DNA of 64,000 bases. Source: Deltaproteobacteria bacterium (lineage in GTDB: Bacteria > Myxococcota > Kuafuiibacteriia > Kuafuiibacteriales > Kuafuiibacteriaceae). The translations under genes were made by a program, and so were the position numbers. The notes under the pieces are model-generated. The model was not told the origin of the DNA, did no database searches, and worked only from the letters and a program-made list of their open reading frames with translations. The stretch covers positions 96,001 through 160,000 of the forward strand of contig JAVJQW010000070.1 in the NCBI GenBank assembly GCA_040218735.1. The letters are read 5' to 3'. Of the stretch, positions 39,352 to 49,525 are shown piece after piece; the stretch's first letter is position 1; each line of letters starts with the position of its first letter.

Positions 39352-39864
39352 TCACGCCGCGTCGCCCTCGCCTCCGTCACGCCCGCCGTCGCCGCGTCCC
39401 CCGTCTCTCGGCCCCGCATCCCGCGGGCACGGATCATCCACGCTCGCGCACACGAGCTCCCCGAAGCTGCACGCGCAGCCGAGGCTGTTGATCGGATCGA
39501 GCGTCACGCAGTCGCGCGGGTACACACACGTGAAGTCACCGACGCACGCCTCCACGACCCCGGGCTGTGGGCGGAGCGTCGGGCACTCCGTGCGAAGGCG
39601 TCCGGCGTCCGCACCGGCGTCGAAGGCGCTGCCGCCATCCCGGCTTCCGCCGTCACGCTCGGGTGTGCCGGTCGCGCGGCACAGGAAGGTCCGCGATGCG
39701 TCGCAGACGCACCGCGTCCCCTCCAGGTGGAAGCAGACGAGCCCCGACTCACAGGTCTCCCCGGGGCTAGGTCGCGTCGGGCATTCGGTGTGGTCCACCG
39801 TCGCTTCGCCCGCGCAGGCGAAGCACACGCCCGCCAGCACCACCCACCCACGCCCCATCCCCAC
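39352..39864 (-). CDS. Small Cys-rich lipoprotein with RDGG/DAG linker repeats
   Basis: Signal peptide with CFAC; two ECPT.(R)P.PG..C modules. Confidence 0.7.
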   Translation of the reverse strand: MGMGRGWVVLAGVCFACAGEATVDHTECPTRPSPGETCESGLVCFHLEGTRCVCDASRTFLCRATGTPERDGGSRDGGSAFDAGADAGRLRTECPTLRPQPGVVEACVGDFTCVYPRDCVTLDPINSLGCACSFGELVCASVDDPCPRDAGPRDGGRGDGGRDGGEGDAA

Positions 39865-39943
39865 CGACTCTACGGTGCATCTGTGCGTGCCGGCACGTTT
39901 GTTGGTCGTCTCGTGTCCGCCGTGGCAGAGTGCCTACCTAGAC

Positions 39944-40354
39944 GTGGGCACCACCGGCCTCTTCCGCCCGCCCCTGCCCCCGGCGGCGCGGTTGTCTCGT
40001 GCGGGGGCGCAGATGCGGCGCATCCGGACGTCGAAGCCGGGGGTGGTGTGGCTGCAGGCGCCCGGGCCCTGCGACCTGTGGACGCTCACCGACGAGGACG
40101 GCGCCCCCAAGGAGCAGGAGCTGTCCTTCTTCAACCGCACCGTCGTCCTCAAGGACGGGCAGCTGTACACCGGCCTCGCGCACGAAGGCGTCGCCGCCTC
40201 CGTGTACGGGCGGACCGCCCTGCTCGACTTCGACCGGCAGCTCGACATCATGACGCTCGAGGGCGCCCAGGCGCTCCTCTCGGACGTGCGCGAAGCCGTC
40301 CGGACGCCCGGCGTCGAGCACCTCCTCGCCGCGATCGCCAAGCACCTCGACTGA
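39944..40354 (+). CDS. Hypothetical protein
   Basis: 3' part of ORF 39488..40354 has typical codon usage; start GTG 39944 or ATG 40013. Confidence 0.6.
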   Translation: MGTTGLFRPPLPPAARLSRAGAQMRRIRTSKPGVVWLQAPGPCDLWTLTDEDGAPKEQELSFFNRTVVLKDGQLYTGLAHEGVAASVYGRTALLDFDRQLDIMTLEGAQALLSDVREAVRTPGVEHLLAAIAKHLD

Positions 40355-40534
40355 GCCGCCGCGCCGGCTGACGTTTGTCAAAACCCGCCCCCGTCCCCAT
40401 CATGGCAGGAAAAGTCGCACCCTCGCGACCGGCGCATTTCGGCATGAACCCAACATCTAGGGGCCCCTCGAAAGAGGACACCCCAGGGAAAGGGTTGCGT
40501 CCAAGAATCCGCGCCGGTAGAGAGACCACGCCAC

Positions 40535-43500
40535 ATGAAGATCCGAAGGGTCGAAATCCAGGGGTTCAAGAGCTTTGCGGATCGCACCGTGCTGCGATTC
40601 GGCGAAGGGATCACCGGCGTCGTCGGCCCGAACGGGTGCGGAAAGTCGAATATCGTCGACGCGATCCGCTGGGTGATGGGCGAGCAATCCGCCAAGCACC
40701 TGCGCGGCAGCGGGATGCAGGACGTCATCTTCGCCGGATCGGAGTCGCGCGGCCCGAGCGGGATGTCCGAGGTGACGATCTCGTTCAAGAACGACGGCAA
40801 CCTCGTCCCGCCGGAGTACCAGCGCCACGACGAGATATCCGTGACGCGCCGCCTCTTCCGCGACGGCACCAGCGAGTACGCGATCAACAAGGTCCAGTGC
40901 CGCCTGCGCGACATCCACGACCTCTTCATGGGGACGGGCATCGGCAAGAACGCCTACTCGATCATCGAGCAGGGGCGGATCGGCCTGATCGTCACGAGCA
41001 AACCCGAAGACCGGCGCGCCATCATCGAGGACGCCGCCGGCGTCAGCCGCTACAAGGCGCGGCGCAAGCAGGCCGAGCGCCGCATTCAGGCCACCGAGCA
41101 GAACCTCCTCCGCATCACGGACATCACCGAAGAGCTGTCGGGCCGCCTCAAGACCCTCGAGCGCCAGGCGAAGCGCGCCGAGAAGTACAAGCGCATCAAG
41201 ACCGAGCTCAAGGAGCTCGAGCTGCACCAGGCCACCCACCGCTACCTCGAGCTGCAGACGCTCGAGACCTTCGACCGGCGGCAGGCGAAGCAGCTGCGCG
41301 CCGAGATCGAAGAGGCCGAGCAGGCCATCGCCGCCGACGAGGCGCGCCTCGCCGAGGCCCTCGAAGCCTTCGAGCAGCGCGACGAAGTGCTGCGTGAGCG
41401 CGAGACGAAGATCAGCGCGGACCAGCAGGCGCTGGCGCTCGCCAAGAACAACGCCGAGTTCCTCGACCGCGAGCGCACCAAGCTCCTCGACCGCAAGGCC
41501 GAGGCCGAGACCGAGACGACCGAGCTGAACGCCGAGCTCGAGCGCCTGCAGGCCGAGCGCGCCGAGGCGAAGGCAAACCGGGACGCCCTCGAGTCGTCGG
41601 ACGGCGCCGAGCTGAAGTCCCTCGACGACCGCGAAGCAGCGCTCACGAACCTCAACACGAAGATCGGCGCGGCCGAGTCGGCGCTCGACGCCGACAAGCA
41701 GGCGATGGTCGACGCGCTCACCGCGATCGCCGAGCACAAGAACAACCTCGCCAACCTCGAGCGCGCCGGGCGCGATCTCGAGGTGCAGATCGGCCGGTCG
41801 CTCACCGCGAAGAAGAGCGCCGCCGGCAAGGCGCGCGAAGCGGAGGCGAAGGCCAAGGACCTGTCGAAGACGCTCGAGGACAACCGCCAGCTGAAGCTGT
41901 CGCTCGAAGACGAGCGCAGCACGCAGGAGGCGTTGGTCGCAAAGCTCCGCGAGGAGATGACCGAGACGGAGGCTCAGCTGCAGCGCGCGCGCGAGGAGCT
42001 GATGGACAAGCGCTCCCGCCTCAAGACGCTCGACGACATCCAGAAGAACTACGAGGGCTGCACCGACGCGGTCCGACGCCTGATGAAGCAGAAGGAGCGC
42101 GACCCGTCGCTCTCCACCGCGCTGCACGGGCTGGTCGCCGACGTCGTCAGCGCCGAGCCGCGGTTCGAAGCGGCCGTCGAAGCCGTCCTCGGGGATCGGC
42201 TGCAGTACGTCATCGTGAACAGCCAGAACGACGGGCTGGCCTCGATCGACTTCCTCAAGAAGAACGAGAGCGGACGCTCGAGCTTCATCCCGCTCGACCT
42301 CCGCGAGGACCACGTGTCCTGGGCCCCGTGGCCGAGCTCGCGGCCCCCGGGCGCGAGCTCGCAGCCGCCCGCGGAGGCGAACGGCGCCGCACCCGGGCAC
42401 GACGCGACGAACGGCGCGACGAACGGGACCTCGGCGGTGGCGACCGACGCGCTCGCCGCGGACGGGCGCCCTGCGGATCCTGCGGTCGCCACGGATCGGC
42501 CCAACGGGGCAGACGCCCCGGCCGAAGCGGCCGCGGTCGACGATGCCCAGGCCACGCCGGCCGCCGACCACGAAGCCCCGACCCAGGGTGCCGTTGTCAC
42601 CGTGCCCACGGCGGTCGAGGTCCCCGAGCGGTTCGCCGCGCGCCACGGCGATCCGGATCGGACGATGGTGCCGCGCGGCAGCGCGATGCACGCGGCCACC
42701 GACGTCGCGGCGGGCCCCGCCCTGCCGACGCCGGCGCTCACCGACCTCCCGTACCCCGAGAACGCTGACTCGATGTACTGGTGGCCCGAGGAGAGCGAGC
42801 TGTGGCCGGACATGGAGGCCCCCGGCGTCTGCGGCAAGATGGTCGACCTCGTCCGCGCGCAGCCCGGCTACGAGCACGTGGCGCGTGTCCTGATGGGCGA
42901 CGTCGTCATCGTCGACGGCCTGAACCAGGCGCAGAACCTCTGGCGCTCCAACGGGCACCGCAAGACGTTGGTCACGCTCTCCGGCGAGGTCCTCGATCCG
43001 GTCGGCGTGCTCACGGGCGGCTCGTCCGAGGGCAAGTCGAAGGGGATGCTCAAGCAGAAGCGTGAGATCAAGGAGCTCACCGACGACGTGCGTCGCCTGG
43101 AGGCGAAGGCCACCGTCGCGGAGGAGCGCTACACCACGCTCAAGCAGCGCGTCGCGGATCTCGACAAGCAGATCCAGACCCTCTCCAAACAGGGCCACGC
43201 CGAAGAGCTGTCGCTCGTGAACCTCGAGCAGGACCTGCGCCGCCTCCAAGACGAGCTGCAGCGCGAGTCCGACGAGAAGCGTTCGCGCGGCGAGGAGATC
43301 GAGATGCTCCGCAAGAAGCGGGCGTCGGTCTCGGACGAGGCGGAGAAGTCCACCTGGGCCGTCGAGGAGCTCGAGAAGGCGCGCACCGCGGCCGAGCAGC
43401 GGGTGACGGAGCGCGCCGCGGAGGTCACCGGCCTCAAGCAGGACCTCGGCAAGCTCTCCGAGGACGTCACCGACCTCAAGGTGAAGGTCGCGGCGAACCG

Positions 43501-44599
43501 CGAGAAGCGCGACTCCAGCGCCAAACACCTGGAGCGCGTGGAGCGGCGGATCGGCGAGGTCGAGACGCGGTTGGTGCGCCTCGCGGAGATCGTCGAGGAG
43601 TGCGCCACGGAGCTGGAAGGGATCGCCGAGCGCATCACGCAGGCGGAGCAGGAAGGCGAGACGCTGGAGGCGTCTCTCGCGCAGGATCGCGAGGAGGTCC
43701 GCGTCGCGCGCGAGGCCCTCGAAGGCGAGCAGCGCGAGGTCAAGGCGGAGGCCGCACAGACCCGCGAGAAGCGCACCGCGATCGACGCGATGAAGGAGGC
43801 GCTCTCCGAGCTGACGCTGAAGATCCGCGAGGTGCAGATCGGGCTGGAGAACCTGGTCGCGCAGATCGACGAGCGCTACCGCATCCACCTCCCCGAGATC
43901 CTCACGGACTACCACCTCCTGCCGCGCATGAGCGCCGAGCACGAGAAGGAGACGGCGAAGCTGCGGCGTCAGCTCGACAACATCGGGCCGATCAACCTCA
44001 CGGCGATCGACGAGTTCAAGGAGGTCGGCGAGCGGTACGAGTTCCTGAACGGTCAGAAGAAGGATCTCGAGGAGGCGATCGCGTCGCTCAAGGCGGCGAT
44101 CAAACGGATCAACAAGACGAGCAAGGAGCGCTACGTCGAGGCCTTCCGCCTGGTGAACGAGAAGTTCCAGGCGGTGTTCCCGAAGCTCTTCAACGGCGGG
44201 CGCTGCGCGCTGGTGATGACCGACGAGAGCGATCCGCTGGAGTCGGGCATCGAGATGCTCGCGCAGCCGCCGGGCAAGAAGCTGCAGAGCGTCAACCTGC
44301 TCTCCGGTGGCGAGAAGGCCCTGACGGCGGTCTCCCTGATCTTCGCGATCTTCCTCATCAAGCCGACGCCGTTCTGCCTCCTCGACGAGGTCGACGCGCC
44401 GCTCGACGAGGCCAACGTGGGCCGCTACAACGAGATGCTGCGGGAGATGTCCTCCATCTCCCAGTTCATCCTCATCACGCACAACAAGCGGACCATGGAG
44501 CTCCCGGACCGCCTGTACGGCGTGACGATGGAGGAGCCGGGGATCTCGAAGATCGTCCCGGTCGACATCATCCAGGACCGCAAGCTCCAGGCGGTGTGA
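40535..44599 (+). CDS. smc: Chromosome segregation protein SMC (with hinge insertion)
   Basis: GFKSF, Walker A GPNGCGKSN, coiled coils, hinge, LSGGEK, LLDEVDAPLD, ITHN. Confidence 0.97.
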   Translation: MKIRRVEIQGFKSFADRTVLRFGEGITGVVGPNGCGKSNIVDAIRWVMGEQSAKHLRGSGMQDVIFAGSESRGPSGMSEVTISFKNDGNLVPPEYQRHDEISVTRRLFRDGTSEYAINKVQCRLRDIHDLFMGTGIGKNAYSIIEQGRIGLIVTSKPEDRRAIIEDAAGVSRYKARRKQAERRIQATEQNLLRITDITEELSGRLKTLERQAKRAEKYKRIKTELKELELHQATHRYLELQTLETFDRRQAKQLRAEIEEAEQAIAADEARLAEALEAFEQRDEVLRERETKISADQQALALAKNNAEFLDRERTKLLDRKAEAETETTELNAELERLQAERAEAKANRDALESSDGAELKSLDDREAALTNLNTKIGAAESALDADKQAMVDALTAIAEHKNNLANLERAGRDLEVQIGRSLTAKKSAAGKAREAEAKAKDLSKTLEDNRQLKLSLEDERSTQEALVAKLREEMTETEAQLQRAREELMDKRSRLKTLDDIQKNYEGCTDAVRRLMKQKERDPSLSTALHGLVADVVSAEPRFEAAVEAVLGDRLQYVIVNSQNDGLASIDFLKKNESGRSSFIPLDLREDHVSWAPWPSSRPPGASSQPPAEANGAAPGHDATNGATNGTSAVATDALAADGRPADPAVATDRPNGADAPAEAAAVDDAQATPAADHEAPTQGAVVTVPTAVEVPERFAARHGDPDRTMVPRGSAMHAATDVAAGPALPTPALTDLPYPENADSMYWWPEESELWPDMEAPGVCGKMVDLVRAQPGYEHVARVLMGDVVIVDGLNQAQNLWRSNGHRKTLVTLSGEVLDPVGVLTGGSSEGKSKGMLKQKREIKELTDDVRRLEAKATVAEERYTTLKQRVADLDKQIQTLSKQGHAEELSLVNLEQDLRRLQDELQRESDEKRSRGEEIEMLRKKRASVSDEAEKSTWAVEELEKARTAAEQRVTERAAEVTGLKQDLGKLSEDVTDLKVKVAANREKRDSSAKHLERVERRIGEVETRLVRLAEIVEECATELEGIAERITQAEQEGETLEASLAQDREEVRVAREALEGEQREVKAEAAQTREKRTAIDAMKEALSELTLKIREVQIGLENLVAQIDERYRIHLPEILTDYHLLPRMSAEHEKETAKLRRQLDNIGPINLTAIDEFKEVGERYEFLNGQKKDLEEAIASLKAAIKRINKTSKERYVEAFRLVNEKFQAVFPKLFNGGRCALVMTDESDPLESGIEMLAQPPGKKLQSVNLLSGGEKALTAVSLIFAIFLIKPTPFCLLDEVDAPLDEANVGRYNEMLREMSSISQFILITHNKRTMELPDRLYGVTMEEPGISKIVPVDIIQDRKLQAV

Positions 44600-44660
44600 T
44601 CGAGGCCCTCGGTCGATCGAGGGCTGACAGCTTCACTTCAGTTTCGCTAGGCTGCACGCC

Positions 44661-45620
44661 GTGCGCGGGCCGATTGCCCTTCTCTGCTCTCTCCTCCTCA
44701 CGCCCTCGTTGGCGTGGGCGTACGGCGAAGCGACCGACGGCTCGCCAAACCACCGCGAGCGCCTGCTCCACGTGCTGACCAACCAGGTCCGGCAGGCGCC
44801 CCACGACTGGCCCGGCTGGGACACCTCGCTCGCGACCGCCGAGGCGCGCGACCCGCTCGCGCTGGAACCTGGGCTCCTCGCCGCCGCGCGCTTCCACGCG
44901 ACGGACATGGCGACGAACGGCTGCTTCTCCCACGAGAGCTGCGACGGCACGGCGACGTTCGCGCGGATCGGACGCTACTTTCAGGGGCCGGCCGGCGAGA
45001 ACATCTACCTGGGCAGCTCCGCGGCAGCGGCGGCGATCACCGGCTGGATGACCTCCGCCGGCCACCGCCGCAACATGCTCGACCACGACTGGACCTGGCT
45101 CGGCACCGGCTTCGCGGCCGGCGGGCGCGGTGGGTACTACGTGCAGAACTTCGGGCGCGGCGGGCTGGATCGGATGCCGTCGATCCCCGGCGGCGCCCAC
45201 GAGGTGAACGGCGCGCAGATGCGCGTGGTCGCGAACTTCTTCGATCCCGGCGGGCGGGCGCCGGACAGCTTCATCGCGATGGTCGACGGGGCCGAGGTCC
45301 CGCTGATGCAGATCGCCGGGCGCCCCGCGAACTCCACGTGGGAGGCGACGGTCGAGACGTCGACCGGGTGTGTCGGGCTGACGTTCGAGGCCACGATCGG
45401 CAACGAGACCGCGACGTTCCCGTCGTCGGGGGAGCTGCTCGTCGGCGCCTCGTGCACCGAGACGTTCCGCGAGGACAAGACCGCGCCCAAGACCGACGAC
45501 AACATCTACATCGACGCCAACGATCCGGACGGCGGCTGTCGGTGCACCACGGCGCGTCCGTCGTGGGGCGCGCTGGTGCTGGTGGTGGTCGGACTTTCGC
45601 TTTGTCGACGTCGTCGTTGA
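44661..45620 (+). CDS. CAP/SCP domain protein with MYXO-CTERM sorting signal
   Basis: AARFHATDMA..FSH..GENI..WMTSAGHRRNML; C-terminal GGCRC-TM-RRRR. Confidence 0.9.
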   Translation: MRGPIALLCSLLLTPSLAWAYGEATDGSPNHRERLLHVLTNQVRQAPHDWPGWDTSLATAEARDPLALEPGLLAAARFHATDMATNGCFSHESCDGTATFARIGRYFQGPAGENIYLGSSAAAAAITGWMTSAGHRRNMLDHDWTWLGTGFAAGGRGGYYVQNFGRGGLDRMPSIPGGAHEVNGAQMRVVANFFDPGGRAPDSFIAMVDGAEVPLMQIAGRPANSTWEATVETSTGCVGLTFEATIGNETATFPSSGELLVGASCTETFREDKTAPKTDDNIYIDANDPDGGCRCTTARPSWGALVLVVVGLSLCRRRR

Positions 45621-45653
45621 CCGACATTTCGCCCGTCGCATAGGCAGTCCGCC

Positions 45654-46832
45654 ATGGGTGCCGTGGATCCGGGGCTGCTCGTTCTCGGGGGGTTCGCGTT
45701 CTTCTTCTTCCTCTTGGTCGTGGCGGCCGTGCGCAAGATGGCGCGCGGCCAGATCGAGGAGGGCGAAACGACGAAGGCCCTCGACGAGGGTGAGGAGGCG
45801 CTCGCGGCGGAAGCCGAAGCGGCGACCGAGGCGGAGGTCCCGGACGCCCCGGACGAAGGCGACGCGGCGGAGGCGCCCGATGAACCCGAGGCGTCGGACG
45901 AGCCGTCCGAACCGGACGCGCCGGCCGCACCGGCGCCCAAGTCCCTCGAGGCGGGCCTCGAGAAGACGCGCAAGGGATTCATGGCGCGCCTCGGCGACCT
46001 CCTCTCCGGGGGGAGCCTCGATGAGGATCTCGTCGACGAGCTCGAGGCGCTGCTCGTCACTTCGGACATCGGCATCCGCACGACGGAGCGGCTCCTGGGC
46101 GACCTGCGGGGCGAGCTGTCCCGCAAGGAGCTCAAGGACGGCGACGCCGTGCGCGCGCGTCTGCGTGAGAAGGTGATGGAGATCGTGAACGTCGAGCGCG
46201 CGCCGCTCGCGTACACCCACCAGCCGACGGTGATCATGGTGATCGGCGTGAACGGCGTCGGGAAGACGACGACGATCGGAAAGCTCGCGGCGCGCCTCGT
46301 GCGGGACGGGAAGAAGGTCGTGCTCGGCGCGGGCGACACGTTCCGTGCGGCGGCGGTCGAGCAGCTGGAGATCTGGGGCGAGCGGTCGGGCGCGGACGTC
46401 GTGAAGGGCGCGGAGCGCGCGGACCCGTCGTCGGTGGTGTTCGACGCGATCCAACACGCCAAGCGCGTCAACGCGGACGTGTGCCTCTGCGACACCGCCG
46501 GTCGGCTCCACACCAAAGTCAACCTGATGGAGGAGCTGAAGAAGCTCCGTCGCGTCATGAACAAGGCGATGGAGGGCGCACCGCACGAGGTGATGATGGT
46601 CCTCGACGCCACCACCGGACAGAACGCGATTCAGCAGGCGGAACAGTTCAAGGGTGCGGTCGAGGTGGACTCGATCGCGCTGACCAAGCTCGACGGGACC
46701 GCGAAGGGCGGCGTGGTCGTGGCCATCTGCGACAACCTCGGCGTTCCGGTCCGATACATTGGTATCGGTGAACAGGTGGACGACCTCCGCGACTTCGATC
46801 CCACCGCCTTCGTGGACGCCCTGTTTGCGTGA
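45654..46832 (+). CDS. ftsY: Signal recognition particle-docking protein FtsY
   Basis: [43 protein letters not shown]; N-terminal TM and acidic region. Confidence 0.97.
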   Translation: MGAVDPGLLVLGGFAFFFFLLVVAAVRKMARGQIEEGETTKALDEGEEALAAEAEAATEAEVPDAPDEGDAAEAPDEPEASDEPSEPDAPAAPAPKSLEAGLEKTRKGFMARLGDLLSGGSLDEDLVDELEALLVTSDIGIRTTERLLGDLRGELSRKELKDGDAVRARLREKVMEIVNVERAPLAYTHQPTVIMVIGVNGVGKTTTIGKLAARLVRDGKKVVLGAGDTFRAAAVEQLEIWGERSGADVVKGAERADPSSVVFDAIQHAKRVNADVCLCDTAGRLHTKVNLMEELKKLRRVMNKAMEGAPHEVMMVLDATTGQNAIQQAEQFKGAVEVDSIALTKLDGTAKGGVVVAICDNLGVPVRYIGIGEQVDDLRDFDPTAFVDALFA

Positions 46833-46899
46833 CGGTCGTGGTCGATAACATCGAACGCGCCTAGCCAATTCGATCGGGGCCTCGTACATTAGAGAGCCC

Positions 46900-47217
46900 A
46901 TGGCGAAGTCTCACAGCCGAGCGATGAGCATCGACCTGTTCGGTCACCAGCTCACCGTGCGCTCGGACAACGACCCTCAGCGGGTCAAAGAGATTGTCGC
47001 GTTCGTGAACCAGCGCCTCGAATCCATTCAAGGGACTTCGAAGCGCGCGCCGACCGACAAGGTCGCCCTCCTCTGCGCGCTCAACATCGCGGAGGAGCTT
47101 TTCCTCGAGCGCGAGAAGCGCCGGGCCCTCCGTGCACGCGTCACGGAGGACAGCAAGAAGCTCATGAAAGTCGTCGATCACCTGGAGGCCGTCGAGGCCA
47201 AAGGGAGCGCCCGATGA
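46900..47217 (+). CDS. zapA: Cell division protein ZapA
   Basis: IDLFGHQLTVRS..VALLCALNIAEEL; synteny with 6S RNA and cyclo-ligase. Confidence 0.9.
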   Translation: MAKSHSRAMSIDLFGHQLTVRSDNDPQRVKEIVAFVNQRLESIQGTSKRAPTDKVALLCALNIAEELFLEREKRRALRARVTEDSKKLMKVVDHLEAVEAKGSAR

Positions 47218-47238
47218 GCGCAGAATCGACGCCCGATC

Positions 47239-47427
47239 TCCCCTGCCTGGTTCGAGGTGCGTTCGACGCCAATATTGTCGTGAATCAGTGCTTTTTCAAC
47301 AGGGAGGCGTCCCTGGGGGCCTCGCGCGGACTGCCGCAAAGCTGGGCAGAGGCAGAGCGTCTCTATCGCGCCACCCACCTGCTCATGCAGGTTCCGACGG
47401 CGTTCCGTACACGGCCGAGGTGGGGGA
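47239..47427 (+). ncRNA. ssrS: 6S RNA
   Basis: About 190 nt between zapA and the 5-formyl-THF cyclo-ligase gene (conserved ssrS context); ends TCCCCTGCCTGG and CCGAGGTGGGGGA can pair; boundaries approximate. Confidence 0.8.
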
Positions 47428-47452
47428 CCTTTTCACTTTTCGACGGCGGCGC

Positions 47453-48010
47453 ATGGCGGCGATTGAACGCAAGCGCAGCCTGAGGCGAAAGTTCCTCAAC
47501 GTGCGTGCCGGGTTGAGCCCCGAGGCACGCGCCGAGGGGTCACGCGCCGCCGTACGCCGGCTGGTCGAGTCCGGTGTCCTCGACGGCGCGAAGATCGTGG
47601 CGGTCTTTGCGGCGCTCGAGTACGAGATCGACCCGATCGACGTCGAGGCCGTCATCGAGCGCGTGGCCTACCCGCGCGTCGACGGGCGTGACCTGCGGTT
47701 CTTCGTGAGCCGACACCAACAGCTCGTACCGCGCACGATGAAGATCCCCGAGCCCCTCGAAGGCGAGGAGGTCGCGCTCGACGACATCGACGTGTTCGTG
47801 GTGCCCGGCCTCGCGTTCACCCCGGACGGGCGTCGGCTCGGCTTCGGTGGCGGTTACTACGATCGCACCCTCGCGGGCCGCAACGCACGCGCGTTCGGGA
47901 TCGCGTTCGACGAACAGATCGCCGACGACCTCCCGTTCGAGGACTACGACGTTCGCGTGGCGGCGGTGTTCACGCCCACACGAACGCTCGTCGGCGAGGT
48001 GATCTCGTGA
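47453..48010 (+). CDS. 5-formyltetrahydrofolate cyclo-ligase
   Basis: KRSLRRK, YPRV, IPEP, VPGLAF..GRRLGFGGGYYDRTL. Confidence 0.94.
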   Translation: MAAIERKRSLRRKFLNVRAGLSPEARAEGSRAAVRRLVESGVLDGAKIVAVFAALEYEIDPIDVEAVIERVAYPRVDGRDLRFFVSRHQQLVPRTMKIPEPLEGEEVALDDIDVFVVPGLAFTPDGRRLGFGGGYYDRTLAGRNARAFGIAFDEQIADDLPFEDYDVRVAAVFTPTRTLVGEVIS

Positions 48011-49500
48011 GCGTGCACCCTCGCCTGGTCCTCGTCGCCGTGGACGAACAGGTGCCGGGGATGAGCCGCCTCGCAGATCGTGTCGAAGGGGAGCCGATCC
48101 TCCCGGCGCGCATCGCCCTGACCCAGCGGGTCGAGCTCGAGCGCGCGTACGGGCGGGACGAGATCGGCGTCGTGATCCCGATGACTCACCCGGGGACGGT
48201 GATCGAAGCGGCGCGCCTCGGCGTCGAGCGCATCGCGGCGGTGCACCCCCCGGAGCTGACGCTGTCCCGCCTCGGCGCCGTGAAGACGCGCGCGGCCTAC
48301 GCGATGGCGGACCTCACGTTGGTCCCGAGCGCCGACCAGATTCAGCCGGCGGTCGCGGCCGGCGCAGACCCCGAGCGGCTGATGGTCCTGGACGACACGG
48401 CGATGGACCGCCTGTTCGCGGAGCCCCCGCGGCGTGGCTCGCGCGGGAAGCTCTTGGAGGGTGCGGTGAGCGCCGGCCTCGACGCGCTGGAGCTCGCGGG
48501 TGTGGTCCGCGCGCTGGAGCTGCTGTCGCCGGACCGGGGCGTGAACGTCGTGAACTACCACCGCGTCCTGCCGCTGGAGGAGCTCACGGCGTACTGCCGG
48601 CCACAGATGGCGATCGCGGAGCCGGTGTTCGCGGCGCAGCTGGATCAGATGGGTCGGCAGCGCGGGTTCGCGCCCGTGGATCGACTGCGGCACGCGAGCG
48701 CGAAGGACAAGGTCGCCATCACGTTCGACGACGGGTACGAAGACAACTTCCGCGTGGCGTTCCCCATCCTCGCGCGCTTCTCGACGCCCGCGTGCATCTT
48801 CGTGGTCACGGGCCTCGTCGGGCGCCCGGACGCGCTGTGGTGGGACCGCGTGGGCCTCGCGCTGTTCGCCTGGTGGCGCGCGGGCTGCCCGGGCGCGCTG
48901 CCCGAGCTGCTCCCGGAGCGCACCGCTGAGCTGCGCGACGTCACCGCGACGAAGGACGCGCGCGAGCTGATCAGCGCGGTGCTCTCGGACCTCAACCTCG
49001 TCTCCGACGAGCGGCGCAGGAAGGCGGTCGCCGCGGCGGTCGCGCTGGTCCCCGAGATCGATCCCCAGCGCACGATGCTGAGCTGGGACGAAGTGAAGGC
49101 GCTCGCGGACGGCGGCGTCATGTTCGGCTCCCACACGCGCAGCCACGTCCCCCTCGACGAGCTCGATCGCCCCGAGGCGAAGGCCGAGCTGTTCGGCAGC
49201 CACGCCGACCTCGACGAGACGATCGGCGCCAAGCGCTACCGCGTCACCGCCCTCCCCCGCGGACGCCTCGGCGCCCTCACCGAGGACGAGCTCGCGGACG
49301 GCTTCGACGCCGTGATGACCACCCAACCCGGCGTGAACCGCGTGACCGACGACGGCCTGTTCGTGAAGCGCCGCGACGGCCGGATGCTCACGCTGGCCGG
49401 CCGCCACCACGAAGCGAAGCTGCGCCTGGAGCTCACGGGCGTCGTGGACCGCCTCCGCGGCGCGTACTACCGACTGCGCCCCGCCGCCCGCGGCGAGTAG
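48007..49500 (+). CDS. Polysaccharide deacetylase (CE4) with N-terminal extension
   Basis: VNYHRV, ITFDDGYEDN, LSWDEV..GSHTRSH. Confidence 0.88.
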   Translation: MSVHPRLVLVAVDEQVPGMSRLADRVEGEPILPARIALTQRVELERAYGRDEIGVVIPMTHPGTVIEAARLGVERIAAVHPPELTLSRLGAVKTRAAYAMADLTLVPSADQIQPAVAAGADPERLMVLDDTAMDRLFAEPPRRGSRGKLLEGAVSAGLDALELAGVVRALELLSPDRGVNVVNYHRVLPLEELTAYCRPQMAIAEPVFAAQLDQMGRQRGFAPVDRLRHASAKDKVAITFDDGYEDNFRVAFPILARFSTPACIFVVTGLVGRPDALWWDRVGLALFAWWRAGCPGALPELLPERTAELRDVTATKDARELISAVLSDLNLVSDERRRKAVAAAVALVPEIDPQRTMLSWDEVKALADGGVMFGSHTRSHVPLDELDRPEAKAELFGSHADLDETIGAKRYRVTALPRGRLGALTEDELADGFDAVMTTQPGVNRVTDDGLFVKRRDGRMLTLAGRHHEAKLRLELTGVVDRLRGAYYRLRPAARGE

Positions 49501-49525
49501 GCGCCGCGCCGAGGCGCTGCTCGAC

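Noticed and set aside
38952-39491. SD-repeat ORF resembling a staphylococcal Sdr/Clf stalk
   Set aside because: No RBS, signal peptide or anchor; the frame is open only because of the hexamer array and overlaps a better minus-strand gene
42308-42822. Intein or mobile insertion in smc
   Set aside because: No splicing motifs or endonuclease domain; low-complexity composition
47214-47483. 89-aa ORF between zapA and the cyclo-ligase gene, and the upstream extension of ORF 47288..48010
   Set aside because: Atypical codon usage; region better explained as 6S RNA
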